Under the pieces are notes generated by a model. It was not told the origin of the DNA. It was given only the letters and a program-made list of their open reading frames with translations, and did not search any database. From Macrostomum lignano (Eukaryota), in the NCBI GenBank assembly GCA_002269645.1, contig NIVC01000692.1:62001-126000 (forward strand): a stretch of DNA of 64,000 nucleotides. The letters run 5' to 3'. Positions within the stretch are counted from its first letter, which is position 1; every line of letters begins with the position of its first letter. The position numbers were made by a program, and so were the translations under genes. Positions 1-20,070 of this stretch are shown here, in pieces.

Positions 1-355
1 TTGAGGGGGGGGGGCTTTTCCTGATGGGCCGCAGGATTAGCCTTTTAAATTGGGGAGGCAGAGAAGCGGATGAGGCGAGGGAGAAGCTGAGGAAGGAGGG
101 AGGTTGGCGTGTTTTGTTAAGAGCCAAAGGCGAACAACAAGAATGGAATTTGTTGTGCGATGCGATACTTCCTCAGCGGGGCGATGGAGTGTGATCAGAG
201 CTGCCTGCTGGTCTCCTGACTGCAACCAAGGACCGCTGGTAGTCCTGAACAGCTTTCCGTGAAGGACAGTCCAATAGAAGCCAGTATGCGTTTGGCCCGA
301 GATGCTGTTTCATCTGGACGGATCAGGGGGGGGGGGCTGGACGAATCATCAATCT

Positions 356-570
356 GGGGGTTGTCGTGCGATTCAAAGCCATGAGGGCCAACCCCAAGGC
401 ACAGAGAGTGCACATGCCTGACGGTTAGAAAGTCAAAGGGCTACTGTACACTCTGTGTGAGCGTGTGTATAAGTGCGTGCCTGCCTACAGTATTGGCGCG
501 CTTGATTCAGCGGATTGGGCAGAATTGCCTTAGCGGGTAGCTGGTTGTGGGCGCCCTTCTGAGAATATTA
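356..570 (+). mobile_element. tRNA-derived SINE, 5'-truncated copy (body only)
   Basis: Body 'ggttgtcgtgcgattc..ccatgagggccaacccc..gcacagagagtgcacatgcctga..ttagaaagtca..ctgtacac' aligns by eye with the headed copies at 12833 and 20449. Confidence 0.7.
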
Positions 571-1179
571 TTGTCTACTTTACACTAGGCCTGCTCCGTG
601 GGCCTCAGTGTAAAGTGTGTTAACCCCACCCCACTCTCTACGCCCACCTCTCCTCCGGCCCCCCCCCCTCCGCCGCGTGCCGGGGGTTCTTAAACCCAGT
701 ATTTTCTGGCTTGGCCGTTTGTGTGCTAAGTGCTCAGATTTTTTATTTTGTTTATTTCTCTTGTTTTATTCTCCCCGGTTTTATCGATCAATTTCGAATT
801 CAACGTACGCCTGTGTATTGCGCAAAAAAAATGCAACATCTGAAGGGGTCGCCTTCCCCACCTCGTCGCTGCTTTGTGCTCGCTGCCAACCCGCCGCCTT
901 TGCCTTCCTTTTGCTGCTTGTGGGGTTGCGGGTTAGTGTTAGTATTATTATTATCATTATTGTTGTTATCATCAATATTATTAGCATTAATGGAAATAGA
1001 TTCTTATACGCCTAGCCCCATCCAGTTCTGACGCTTTAATATTTGCCTTGTTGCTTGAGTTTAGCCAGCTTCTTGTCTTCATCAGATTCAATTAGCAAAG
1101 AGTGCCAGAAATGAGAAGCCCAGTGCGCCTGCAGAGCCACCCCCCCCCCAAAACTGAGACAGGGCGGCAGGCAAACAAT

Positions 1180-2360
1180 TGTGGCGCCTCAAAGCCCAAC
1201 TAATTCAATTGACTGAAGGATGGAATTTAATTGGTTAGCGAGCCGGCGGCGCACCTGGGATAATTAGCCACCCGCGGATAGAAGGTCTCATAATGCAGCT
1301 GCCGGCACCTCAGACCGGGCAGCACCGACACGTGTTTACAGAATTTTGAGTCGCGGACCACCTCAACTGCAACCTCCGCCACTCCGCCCTCTGCCCTCCG
1401 CATGCTGAGCAGCTCTTTTTTCCCCTGGGAATTGCTGCCGCCAATTTGCTCTAATTAATTATAGCCCCCCCCCCCCTACTTCCTCATCGGCAATTGCCGG
1501 CCAAGCACAAGGCGCAGCTTCTTTTCCGCAGTCAGACCGACTTGGAGGCCAGAGACGCGCAGAGACGACAAAATGATTTGTTCCTGTCAGGAGGTACAGG
1601 GGGCGCTTGCGACAGGAAATTTCCTTCCTTCGACTGAGAAGCCGGTATTGGGAAATCTTTCTGCCCCCCTTGGCACACAGAAGCATCCCTTCCTTGTCCC
1701 GCTCTTTGTTTAAGGATTTCCCAAACGCCCCCCCCCCTACTCCCAGTGTAAAAAATAGCGGCAAGAAAATCCGCTTGCTTCCGCGCTTGTTCCCAGAAGC
1801 AAACAGACCCGGGCGCCCCTTCAGCTAATAGCTTAATAGGCTGTGTAATTAAGTCGGCAAATGGCGGCCCACCCCGCGACCCGGCAATATCCGGCGGGTT
1901 GCAGAGAAGTGAGGATTGCCTCGCCGCCTCGATCGCTAGCAGCCCCCCAACAGCAGCGGCGAGCCTGTCCGTCCGTCCGGCCGTCTGTGCCGCACCTCAG
2001 AGCGGCTAATGGCGGTCAAACAATTCTATTAGCATTATTGACCGGCAGAGAGGCTCTGGCTGGCCGGCCGCGAATTAATTTAGCCTAATTGATCCCGCTA
2101 TTAAATCAATGTCAGGCTGGCTGGCTCGCTCACGCGGGAGGCATCAAACGCGCTGCTATCTATATGATGGGGGCTGGTGGCGGACATGATCCCAGAATGA
2201 TTAGGGATGGAGCAGCTCCCAGATGACACTGTGCGGGGCAGGCATGATGTCACCCAACACTCTGCAGCCTATCAATATTATGGGCCGGCGTCAGACTGAG
2301 GCCAGTGTAATCGGCTAATTAGCTGCAACTAATTATTGACAATAATATGATAATTATGAA
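1180..2360. promoter_or_regulatory. Putative enhancer region rich in homeodomain (TAAT/ATTA) sites upstream of the NK1 gene
   Basis: Many TAATT/AATTA words embedded in GC-rich unique DNA (e.g. ctaattaattat ~1451, cgaattaatttagcctaattg ~2070, ggctaattagctgcaactaattattg ~2313). No coding signal. Confidence 0.35.
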
Positions 2361-2587
2361 ATTGCGCCCTCCCACAGGCCTGCATTGTCGGAGAATGACG
2401 CATTGAGTCTATAAATAACTGCAGCTTGTCCAACACTGGGATGCTATTCAGGACCTGCTCTGGCGGTGCGAGTCCAGTCAAGGACTTCTGAACCCACCTG
2501 GGCTGGAACCAACTAAACGACTATGATTTGAGAAGTGTGTACTCGTAGGTTTTGATGGTTGCGGATTGTACAGTTTTAGTATTTTCA

Positions 2588-2960
2588 AGGTTGGGTATTG
2601 TGAAGTTTGGGTGTTGTGAAGTTTGGGTATTGTGAAGTTTGGGTATTGTGAAGTTTGGGTATTGTGAAGTTTTGGTATTGTGATGTTTGGGTATTGTGAA
2701 GTTTGGGTATTGTGAAGTTTGGGTATTGTGAAGGTTGGGTATTGTGAAGGTTGGGTATTGTGAAGTTTGGGTATTGTGAATTTTGGGTATTGTGAAGCTT
2801 GGGTATTGTGAAGGTTGGGTATTGTGAAGGTTGGGTATTGTGAAGGTTGGGTATTGTGAAGGTTGGGTATTGTAAAGTTTGGGTGTTGTGAAGTTTGGGT
2901 ATTGTGAAGTTTGGGTATTGTGAAGCTTGGGTATTGTGAAGTTTGGGAATTGTGAAGCAG
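2588..2960. repeat. 16-bp minisatellite (tgggtattgtgaagtt)n, ~23 copies
   Basis: Direct reading; the ORF-track peptides repeat every 16 aa (3 x 16 nt). Confidence 0.95.
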
Positions 2961-4007
2961 TGGGCATTTGGGTAGTGGAGCATGCGAGAGTGCATGCTAA
3001 GGTAAGCTACATGTACGTAGGGGAAACGTGAAGTTGGGGAATCGCGATGTGAAATTTTGGCGTTGTGATTCAGCCCGTTGTTATTACTAGTTAATGATTG
3101 GAGTGGAAAAGCTTCTCTCACTCTCGGCATAATGATCTCGACTAGAAAAAGCAGACCGGTTGCACAACCTGCAGGCTAAATTTGAGCAGAACTGCGCCGT
3201 GGGACGTCGTTATTAAAAAAAACAATTGTGTTTATCATTCAATGGAGGTTAGATAGAAATGTTTTCGAAAACAATGAGAAACTTTTAGACTAAGAGCCAA
3301 ACGGGCAGATGGCTTTAACAAAAAAAGCTGAAACGTGCCCCCTCCTCCCCATTATTGCTTGAGGCTTGGAGTTTTGATGCACCGACGGGTTTATCACAGC
3401 TGACAGCTCTGTAGATTCGGCAGCTGAAAGACCTGCCAAGCTCCTCCCTCTCCACCTGGCTGGGGTGGGGTGGGGCACTGTAATTAAAAGCATTTTTCAA
3501 GTCAAGCGTCAATCAGCGCTAATCGATGTGGTCGTCAGCTTTGCGTGTTGGCGCTCGCGCCACCGCAGCGCTTTTCCTATTGAAACTGAATGACAGATTA
3601 ACAAAGACAAGCCAGGCTATTTGCCTGCAGATTTGGCTGAGCAGAGTTTGCAGGTGACGCGCCTGAATAAGTCCCCGCTCCGCTCCGCCTGAGCTGTCAG
3701 TTTGCCTGTCATCAATGAAAGAGTCGACTGCTGACTGCTGACTGGCTTTGCACTGATGAGGCAAAATTGAGTTTCCAGTTAAAAAAAACAGAAAATACAC
3801 GAATTTTTCCTGACTAACTGCCACAACAGATTTTTGTTATGAGAGCTGTTTTTAATCAGCTACTTTCTCGCCTGAAGCAGCCTTCCCAGAGCTGCTGTTG
3901 AGTTTGTGGAGCACTCGATTACGAGCGTACCCCTTGGCATCAGCGGATCTTGCCGCCACGCACCATGTGTAGCACGGAGCTCAGAGATCCGTGACTTGAA
4001 ATTGACC

Positions 4008-6158
4008 TGACAAGCTTGACACCCGAGACCCTGACAAGCTTGACTCCCGGGGCCCTGACAAGCTTGACACCCGAGACCCTGACAAGCTTGACATCCGAGG
4101 CCCTGACAAGCTTGACACCCGAGACCCTGACAAGCTTGACTCCCGGGGCCCTGACAACCTTGACACCCGAGGCCCTGACAAGCTTGACATCCGAGGCCCT
4201 GACCAGATTAATTCCCGAGGCCCTGACCAGATTGATTCCCGAGGCCCTGACCAGATTGATTCACGAGGCCCTGACCAGATTGATTCCCGAGACCCTGACA
4301 AGCTTGACTCCCGAGACCCTGACCAGATTGATTCCCGAGACCCTGACAAGCTTGACTCCCGAGACCCTGACCAGATTGATTCCCGAGACCCTGACAAGCT
4401 TGACTCCCGAGACCCTGACCAGATTGATTCCCGAGACCCTGACAAGCTTGACACCCGAGACCCTGACAAGCTTGACATCCGAGGCCCTGACAAGCTTGAC
4501 ACCCGAGACCCTGACAAGGTTGACATCCGAGGCCCTGACAAGCTTGACACCCGAGACCCTGACAAGGTTGACTCCCGGGGCCCTGACAACCTTGACACCC
4601 GAGGCCCTGACAAGCTTGACATCCGAGGCCCTGACAAGCTTGACACCCGAGACCCTGACAAGCTTGACTCCCGGGGCCCTGATAACCTTGACACCCGAGG
4701 CCCTGACAAGCTTGACATCCGAGGCCCTGACAAGCTTGACACCCGAGACCCTGACAAGCTTGACTCCCGGGGCCCTGACAACCTTGACACCCGAGGCCCT
4801 GACAAGCTTGACATCCGAGGCCCTGACCAGATTAATTCCCGAGGCCCTGACCAGATTGATTCCCGAGGCCCTGACCAGATTGATTCACGAGGCCCTGACC
4901 AGATTGATTCCCGAGACCCTGACAAGCTTGACTCCCGAGACCCTGACCAGATTGATTCCCGAGACCCTGACAAGCTTGACTCCCGAGACCCTGACCAGAT
5001 TGATTCCCGAGACCCTGACAAGCTTGACTCCCGAGACCCTGACCAGATTGATTCCCGAGACCCTGACAAGCTTGACACCCGAGACCCTGACAAGCTTGAC
5101 TCCCGGGGCCCTGACAACCTTGACATCCGAGGCCCTGACAAGCTTGACATCCGAGGCCCTGACAAGCTTGACACCCGAGACCCTGACAAGCTTGACTCCC
5201 GGGGCCCTGACAACCTTGACACCCGAGGCCCTGACCAGATTAATTCCCGAGGCCCAGACCAGATTGATTCCCGAGGCCCTGACCAGATTGATTCCCGAGA
5301 CCCTGACAAGCTTGACTCCCGAGACCCTGACCAGATTGATTCCCGAGACCCTGACAAGCTTGACTCCCGAGACCCTGACCAGATTGATTCTCGAGGCCCT
5401 GACAAGCTTGACTCCCGAGACCCTGACCAGATTGATTCCCGAGACCCTGACAAGCTTGACTCCCGAGACCCTGACCAGATTGATTCCCGAGGCCCTGACC
5501 AGATTGATTCCTGAGGCTCTGACCAGATTGATTCCCGAGGCTCTGACCAGATTGATTCCCGAGGCCCTGACCAGATTGATTCCCGAGGCCCTGACCAGAT
5601 TGATTCCCGAGGCCCTGACCAGATTGATTCCCGAGGCCCTGACCAGATTGATTCCCGAGGCCCTGACCAGATTGATTCCCGAGGCCCTGACCAGATTGAT
5701 TCCCGAGGCCCTGACCAGATTGATTCCCGAGGCTCTGACCAGATTGATTCCCGAGGCCCTGACCAGATTGATTCCCGAGGCCCTGACCAGATTGATTCCC
5801 GAGGCCCTGACCAGATTGATTCCCGAGGCTCTGACCAGATTGATACCCGAGGCCCTGACCAGATTGATTCCCGAGGCCCTGACCAGGTTGATTCCTGAGG
5901 CCCTGACCAGATTGATTCCCGAGACCCTGACCAGATTGATTCCCGAGGCCCTGACCAGATTGATTCCTGAGGCCCTGACCAGATTGATTCCTGAGGCGCT
6001 GACCAGATTGATTCCCGAGGCCCTGACCAGATTGATTCCCGAGGCCCTGACCAGATTGATTCCTGAGACCCTGACCGGATTGATTCCCGAGACCCTGACC
6101 AGATTGATTCCCGAGGCCCTGACCAGATTGATTCCCGAGGCCCTGACCAGATTGATCC
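4008..6158. repeat. 24-bp minisatellite (ccctgacaagcttgacacccgaga / ccctgaccagattgattcccgagg), ~90 copies
   Basis: Two unit types; 8-aa periodic ORFs on both strands. Confidence 0.95.
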
Positions 6159-7710
6159 CACTGACGCATCGCAGCCAGATTGGCACAGGATGTTGCAGCA
6201 CTGCAAGAGCAATTGTTCCAGAGAGTAAAAAGCAGCGGAGCGGTGTGAAATCTCTAATCCGGACGTGCTCGGAGAGCCCGGCACAGCTCTCGCAAACCTG
6301 CTCAGCAAGGAAATAATCGCAGACAAAATATGAGAATAGAGGCACCGCAAAAAATATCAGCATATTTGTGTCACCTCCGAGATTAAAAAATTAGCCAAGC
6401 TAACATGTTCAGAACGCAGAAAATTTTCCTTTATCCTCACAATGCCGGCACAGCGGATTTTCTAGCGTCAAGAGAAAAAGCCAAACCCACCTGATTGAGG
6501 AAACTCCTGGCTCTGGCTCGCTGCTTTTGTGACTGCCTTCAGCTAATGATGCCCAAGGACCCGGCTATGATGAAGCAGCCCCAACCCCCTCCTCCCCGAA
6601 ATCCAGCTTCCTATTTGCGCTCGCTTCCTCTCTTTTCTCCCATTCTATAGCTACCTTTGTTTTTAAGCATGCGAGTATCCCCGGAATGGGAAAAAAGCGG
6701 GGGGGGGCTTCTCCCTCTACCAGTGCGGCTCGATTTCATAATTAATTATTGCCGGGTCCATCTGCCTCGGCCTAGCGTGTTTCCCAGTGGATCCCCAGCT
6801 GGTCTGCCGCAGCAATTAGCCGAAATTAGGGGGTGGGGGCAGGCAATTAATGCAGTCAGGGCCCGATACATCTGTTTTGAGCTTTCCGCTTACCTTTCTT
6901 TCGTTTCAACCCCAACCCCCCCCCCCCAATTGAGAATATTCGAGAGAGTTGCTCCACCAGTTCCCATCGATGCTGCAATTATTGATCTCTTTGACATGGA
7001 CAAATCAATGATCCCGCCCAGTTTCTGCTCAGTCCGGACACGCAGCCTGCCTCCCCTTCCTGGTATATCAAGCGAGTGGATTTAGGGAATATGAGGACTC
7101 CGAACCGGGGCAGCGGCGGTCGGGCCCAGCGCGAGACAGCTAATTAAGATAGGGGCATTATCTTATTAGATCCCACTTACGGGGAGGCGGAGGACTAATT
7201 CGCTGGGAGGCAAGAATCTGACAAGCCGCGGGTGTCCGTGACACCGCCAGCTGGGCAGCGCTGCTCAATAAATTATCGCTGTCGGTTCCAAATAGATGGC
7301 GAAATCTGCTGATCCGGCCTCCCCGATTCCCGAGCAAGTTTGAAGCATAAGTTAAACAATCGCTATTGCCCAGCTATTGAATTATGATAGCTTTTGTCTG
7401 CGCCACGGTGTCCCCGAGAAATGGATTAGGAGGCTTTTAGGGGAAGCCGGAGGATGGGGAGCGAGTGGCTCAGAGGCTGAGTGGGGATCTCAACTGCAAT
7501 TGGCGGCTGAGGATAAATCAGCAGCATTGGCTGGCGGGGGGCTCCATTCTTCCCTAAGTTACTCGTGTTTATCCAGCTCAAAACACTCTTCTCAGACCCC
7601 TGACCCACCCTTCGCTTGCTTATTAAGTGGCGTACAGGAAGCGGCTACCCCAGCTAGAAGTCAGCGGAGACCTGCAGTTAGCGCCAGTGAGACCTTGGAC
7701 CAATTCAACA

Positions 7711-8886
<1,176 letters not shown>

Positions 8887-9750
8887 CAAACTGAGAGAAA
8901 GACCGCTAGTTACACAAATTTGGTACACCGAGCTTTACTTGAAACTGCATATGAAGCACCGCCTTCTTGCTTTAATCCGTGTTGTTGCCCTCTGCTTCAA
9001 GGTCTATCGCTGAACCCCGCACAGCACTGTCAAGCCCAATCCTACAGCAATCCCAGATAAACATTTTCCCATTCCGAGCGTCGGCAATTTCCCTGATTGA
9101 TCAGCGCTCCCGCCCCATTCTTTGTCGCTTTTTTCCTGCTTTAGCGGCGCCGGCTGCTTTGTGTGCCTTTCATCTTGCTGAAAATCCCGTGTAAAAATAT
9201 AAATACCGAAACATGAAAACTATCAATCTGACAACAATCGACTGGCAAAAATTAATTAGTCAGCTGTCATTGACTCCATTTTGCTGTCAAAAATTAAAAG
9301 CTTTACCCCCAGCCACCCCAGCCCCGACAGCAATTTCAGAGACACCACAATAGCGGCATGCGCAGCAAGACAGAAAATGTTTTTGAACTCATAGCGATTG
9401 CGATCAGGCGGGCGAGCTCGGGTTCAAGTGTCCGCCGCTGCTGAGGCTGAGAGACTGCAAGCCTCATCGTCGGCTCAAGAGCAGTTTTAAATGTTATTGG
9501 ATTCTGGGCGCCGAGTTCCCAGGGGAGGTATGATGTTGCCAGGTCCAAGTAATCCGAATCATAATCATATATAAATTTTTGAATTCTACCCACATATTTG
9601 GCAATACGGGTTGAAAAAAATACAATTTGTTTTAATGCGAAATTCGGTAAATATTCGACTGATCTGACGCTTAAACAATAGCAGCTGGGCTTTGGAAAAG
9701 AAAGTTTAACATTAGAGAATTCGCTTGCTTAAGAGAAACGCTCGGTGCGT

Positions 9751-10748
9751 TTAGATGTAAGAGGGGAATTGATCAGTGTGCTTAGATGTGAGAGGGGAAT
9801 CGATCAGTGTGCTTAGATGTCAGAGGAGAATTGATCAGAGTGCTTAGATGTGAGAGGGGAATCGATCAGTGTGCTTAGATGTGAGAGGGGAATCGATCAG
9901 TGTGCTTAGATGTCAAAGGGGAATCGATCAGTGTGCTTAGATGTCAGAGGAGAATTGATCAGAGTGCTTAGATGTGAGAGGGGAATCGATCAGTGTGCTT
10001 AGATGTGAGAGGGGAATCGATCAGTGTGCTTAGATGTGAGAGGGGAATCGATCAGTGTGCTTAGATGTGAGAGGGGAATCGATCAGTGTGCTTAGATGTC
10101 AGAGGGGAATCGATCAGTGTGCTTAGATGTCAGAGGGGAATTGATCAGTGTGCTTAGATGTGAGAGGGGAATCGATCAGTGTGCTTAGATGTCAAAGGGG
10201 AATCGATCAGTGTGCTTAGATGTGAGAGGGGAATCGATCAGTGTGCTTAGATGTGAGAGGAGAATTGATCAGTGTGCTTAGATGTGAGAGGGGAATTGAT
10301 CAGTGTGCTTAGATGTGAGAGGGGAATTGATCAGTGTGCTTAGATGTGAGAGGGGAATCGATCAGTGTGCTTAGATGTGAGAGGGGAATCGATCAGTGTG
10401 CTTAGATGTCAGAGGGGAATCGATCAGTGTGCTTAGATGTGAGAGGGGAATCGATCAGTGTGCTTAGATGTCAGAGGAGAATTGATCAGTGTGCTTAGAT
10501 GTGAGAGGGGAATTGATCAGTGTGCTTAGATGTGAGAGGGGAATCGATCAGTGTGCTTAGATGTGAGAGGGGAATCGATCAGTGTGCTTAGATGTGAGAG
10601 GGGAATTGATCAGTGTGCTTAGATGTGAGAGGGGAATCGATCAGTGTGCTTAGATGTGAGAGGGGAATCGATCAGTGTGCTTAGATGTCAGAGGGGAATC
10701 GATCAGTGTGCTTAGATGTCAGAGGGGAATCGATCAGTGTGCTTAGAA
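9751..10748. repeat. 31-bp minisatellite (gatcagtgtgcttagatgtgagaggggaatc)n, ~32 copies
   Basis: Direct reading; near-identical units with no unique spacers. Confidence 0.95.
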
Positions 10749-11495
10749 GTCAAATGAGGTGGTAACGGCTTCGGGTTTGGTTGGTGCCAGGTGTTTTAAA
10801 GTGGGCGTAGCTCGCTAGCTCGTACTATTAGCGATTGGGGTAAAGAAATGCTACATGCTCTCTCTAGCATTAATAGCATGCGAAAAATAACGGCTATACT
10901 GACACTGGCAAGTCAGTTATTGTAGGACAGGCAATCGAATAAATTGCTTATAAAACAATCAGCAATGCTGAGACTGGCTGCTTTCACTGCCTAGCACCAA
11001 GCGGATGTCACAATGCCAGTGCAGACTGTCAGATTTCATGCGGATTTAAGGCGCACAGGAATTGATCGGCAAAATCTGAAACAGACAAATCAAATAGCAA
11101 TTGTTTTCTGTCTCAACGGCTGCTTGTGCCAGAGCACGGTTAATTGAGCCCACTGTTAGTGCCGGATGCGAGACACGAGACACAAACTCGCTGCGCTGCC
11201 AATTGTAACTAATCTGGCGGATCTGAAACCACTCGGCTCACCGCCTGGCTGACAATGTATTCAGTGCGGGCAATAAAAATTGGATTCACACAAAGCGGCA
11301 GGTAATTTTGCGCGGTTTTTAATCAATGGAAGACAATTTAAAAATCGATGAGCAAAAATGAAAATTGTCAAGACACAGTAGGCTTCCTTAGTAGCGCGAG
11401 TGACTACTGATAAGAGTAATGAGTAGTGACGGCTGGTAGAAATTTCTTACTGCTAACAGATCAGTCAGTACGTGGGCAGCAGGGGGGAGCGGATA

Positions 11496-12197
11496 TCAGT
11501 AGTCCGGCGTCTTCCACACCAGGATGGCATTCCGCACCACGTAGAAGTGGAACAGGCGGCCGACCTCGTGCGTGCAGAAGGAGCCGTACTGGAACCGGCC
11601 GACGATCACGTGCCAGGCCCGGTCGAACTTCGCGTCCAGCTCGGACTTCATGTAGCGGGCAATGTCGCGCTCGTTTTCGAACTGCTCCTGCGCGGTGCGC
11701 GCCAGCTGGACGATCTCCTCCTTTAGCTCGTCGGTGATGTCCGGGTCCTCTGTGATGATCTTGACGCCGTCCATCACGCCGGAGGACTTCTCGCGGTTGA
11801 TCTGCACCTTCTCCCTGGGTTGGGTTGTTGGTGGGGGGATTCGGGATTGATGGGATTTATTGATTTATTCGATCGCCGTGAAATTCAGCTGCTCACATGT
11901 ACTCCTGCTTGGGCACGAGGCCGAGAGTCTCGCAGAACTCCTCGATGGTGATGGTCCCGGAGTTGTCGTGATCGAACAGGCGGAGCCACTTCTGCAAGGC
12001 GACGCGTCGGGAGTGCCGCATAGGAGTGACTCAAGGGGTATTCTCAGCTGCTCAGAAACCTCAGTCTCACGCAGCAATCTTACCTCGACAAATTTGTCCT
12101 CGTAATTGTGCTTGCGGCAGTAGGCCTCCAGCTCCTCGCTGGTGATCTCGCCGGAGAAGTCGGTGTCGATGGCCTCGTAAGCGGTCAGGAAGTCCAT
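11496..12197 (-). CDS. Tegument-allergen-like (TAL) protein: two EF-hands + dynein light chain-like domain, 3 exons, 175 aa
   Basis: Exons 12197-12084, 11991-11897, 11814-11496 with canonical sites and Kozak cagcaccATGG. EF loops DTDFSGEITSEE and DHDNSGTITIEE. DLC-like C-terminus IARYMKSELDAKFDRAWHVIVGRFQYGSFCTHEVGRLFHFYV. Same architecture as the Sm20.8/Sm21.7/Sm22.6 family. Confidence 0.9.
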
Positions 12198-12832
12198 GGT
12201 GCTGAGCGGTCGGGAGGCGGTGGGAGTCAAAAGTGACAGAAGCGAGAAATTGGGTGCGCCGCTCTGCTCCAAGCCGGCTACGGAGAATTTCTAAGCTGCT
12301 GAGGGGGCGAAAGGCGGGTAGCAGAGGAGCCGCGGGGTCTCCGATTATAAACTGCCGGGCTCGGGCGCTGCGGGGCGGGCCGCCTATAGATGGCAAAATT
12401 GTCTGGGCACGCACACAATGGAACTCGGCCTCGGTGCCCCTATAGAAATTCTTCTCTCCGAGTGACTGCAAGCTGGAGGAGACTTGCCCTAAGGGGCCAC
12501 TGTTTGCACAATAGAAAATCTCCGAGCTTGAGGGCAGAGGGTCGAGCCTGAATGAAAACAGAAGGGAGGGGTTGCTGGGGGGGGGGGTTCGTGGCTGCAG
12601 AAACATTTGCTCAGAATTAGCAACTGAGCCCCGGTGTACCGAAGACGCCTAAAGCTGCTTGGCAGTTACTAAGACAAAATGTCTAAAACAGCAATGCAAG
12701 TCTGGATTTCGGCCTCACCTTGGTTCCCCCCTTGGCATCGACGCCTGTGACTCAAAGTGTCTGTCTTGCCTGCATCGCAGCCGTCAAACTGAACCTAACA
12801 AATGCTTTTCTGGCTTAGCATTGATATATTAG

Positions 12833-13200
12833 GAGCAGCTCAGCGGTGAACGCGTCCGACTCTCGCGCCACGACCCCTTGGTTCGATTCCGTTGCACCGC
12901 CATATTAACTTGTTGCTTGTGCACGCTAATTGGCCAGGGGGGGTTGTCGCGCGATTCGCGCCCATGAGGGCCAACCCCCAACGCACAGAGAGTGTACATG
13001 CCTGAGGATTAGACAGTCAGGGCCGCTGTACACCCTGTGTGAGCGTGTGTGTGAGTGCGTGCCTGCGTACGGTATTGACGCGCTTGTAAGCGCTCAGGAG
13101 TCAGCGGAATGTGCAGAATTGCCTCAAGGGCTGGTTTGTGGGACAATGTCGCCGAAGGCGTTGCGCCAGGGTGGTGCCCGCAGCGCTTCTGCAAATATTT
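12833..13200 (+). mobile_element. tRNA-derived SINE, near full length
   Basis: Head gagcagctcagcgg (A-box-like) and GGTTCGATTCC B-box at 12880-12890, followed by a ~300-bp body shared with five other copies in the window. Confidence 0.8.
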
Positions 13201-13457
13201 AAACGAGCGAATTTATATTGACGTATCGCAAGGCTCGTGCGTTTATACTCGCAAATCTCTGCCTGATAATATTCTCTCGCAAGCCGCTAGTCGCCTGAAT
13301 GCCAAATTATATGCCTTAAAACTGTATCCTTCCGCTCAATCAAAGTACCAGTCAAAAACTCACAGACACTCTAAAATTAGATCCAAGACTCTGGCATGCA
13401 AAGGCGCTAAATCTTGGTTTAATACTGTAATCCAGTTGAGCTGCTGGCGATAGTATT

Positions 13458-13688
13458 CGGGTGTCTCAGTGTCCCAGCCGGGTGCCTCAGTGTCCCAGCC
13501 GGGTGTCTCAGTGTCCCAGCTGGGTGTCTCAGTGTCCCAGCTGGGTGTCTAAGTCCCATTCGGGTGTCTCAGTGTCCCAGCTGGGTGTCTCAGTGTCCCT
13601 GTCGGGTGTCTCAGTGTCCCAGCTGGGTTTCTCCTCAGTGTCCCAGCTGGGTGTCTCAGTGTCCCAGCTGGGTGTCTCAGTGTCCTAG
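13458..13688. repeat. 21-bp minisatellite (gggtgtctcagtgtcccagc[c/t])n, ~11 copies
   Basis: Direct reading. Confidence 0.9.
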
Positions 13689-13828
13689 CCGGATGTCGCC
13701 AATCGCAGCCAAGCCGAGCAGCTGATTGGCCGGCCAGTTTTCCAGGCATCACTGCGGAATTAAAAAATGTTCATCCCAGCAAGAAATGTTTCTCCCCATA
13801 GGAAGCAAAGCGCCGCAGCAGCTAGGCC

Positions 13829-20070
<6,242 letters not shown>

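Noticed and set aside
578-616. Hairpin actttacact-aggcc...ggcct-c-agtgtaaagt (also hairpins near 46690 and 46930)
   Set aside because: Too short for a pre-miRNA and no Helitron CTRR end at the expected spacing; cannot be assigned.
9751-10748. CRISPR-like appearance of the 31-bp, 41-bp (58745) and 67-bp (30830) arrays
   Set aside because: Units are head-to-tail with no unique spacers, there are no cas genes, and the context is eukaryotic.
12833-12902. Functional tRNA gene (also 20449 and the B-box-like ggttcgaatccc at ~29452)
   Set aside because: No proper acceptor or D stems. The first two continue into a shared SINE body, and the third is an isolated degenerate box.
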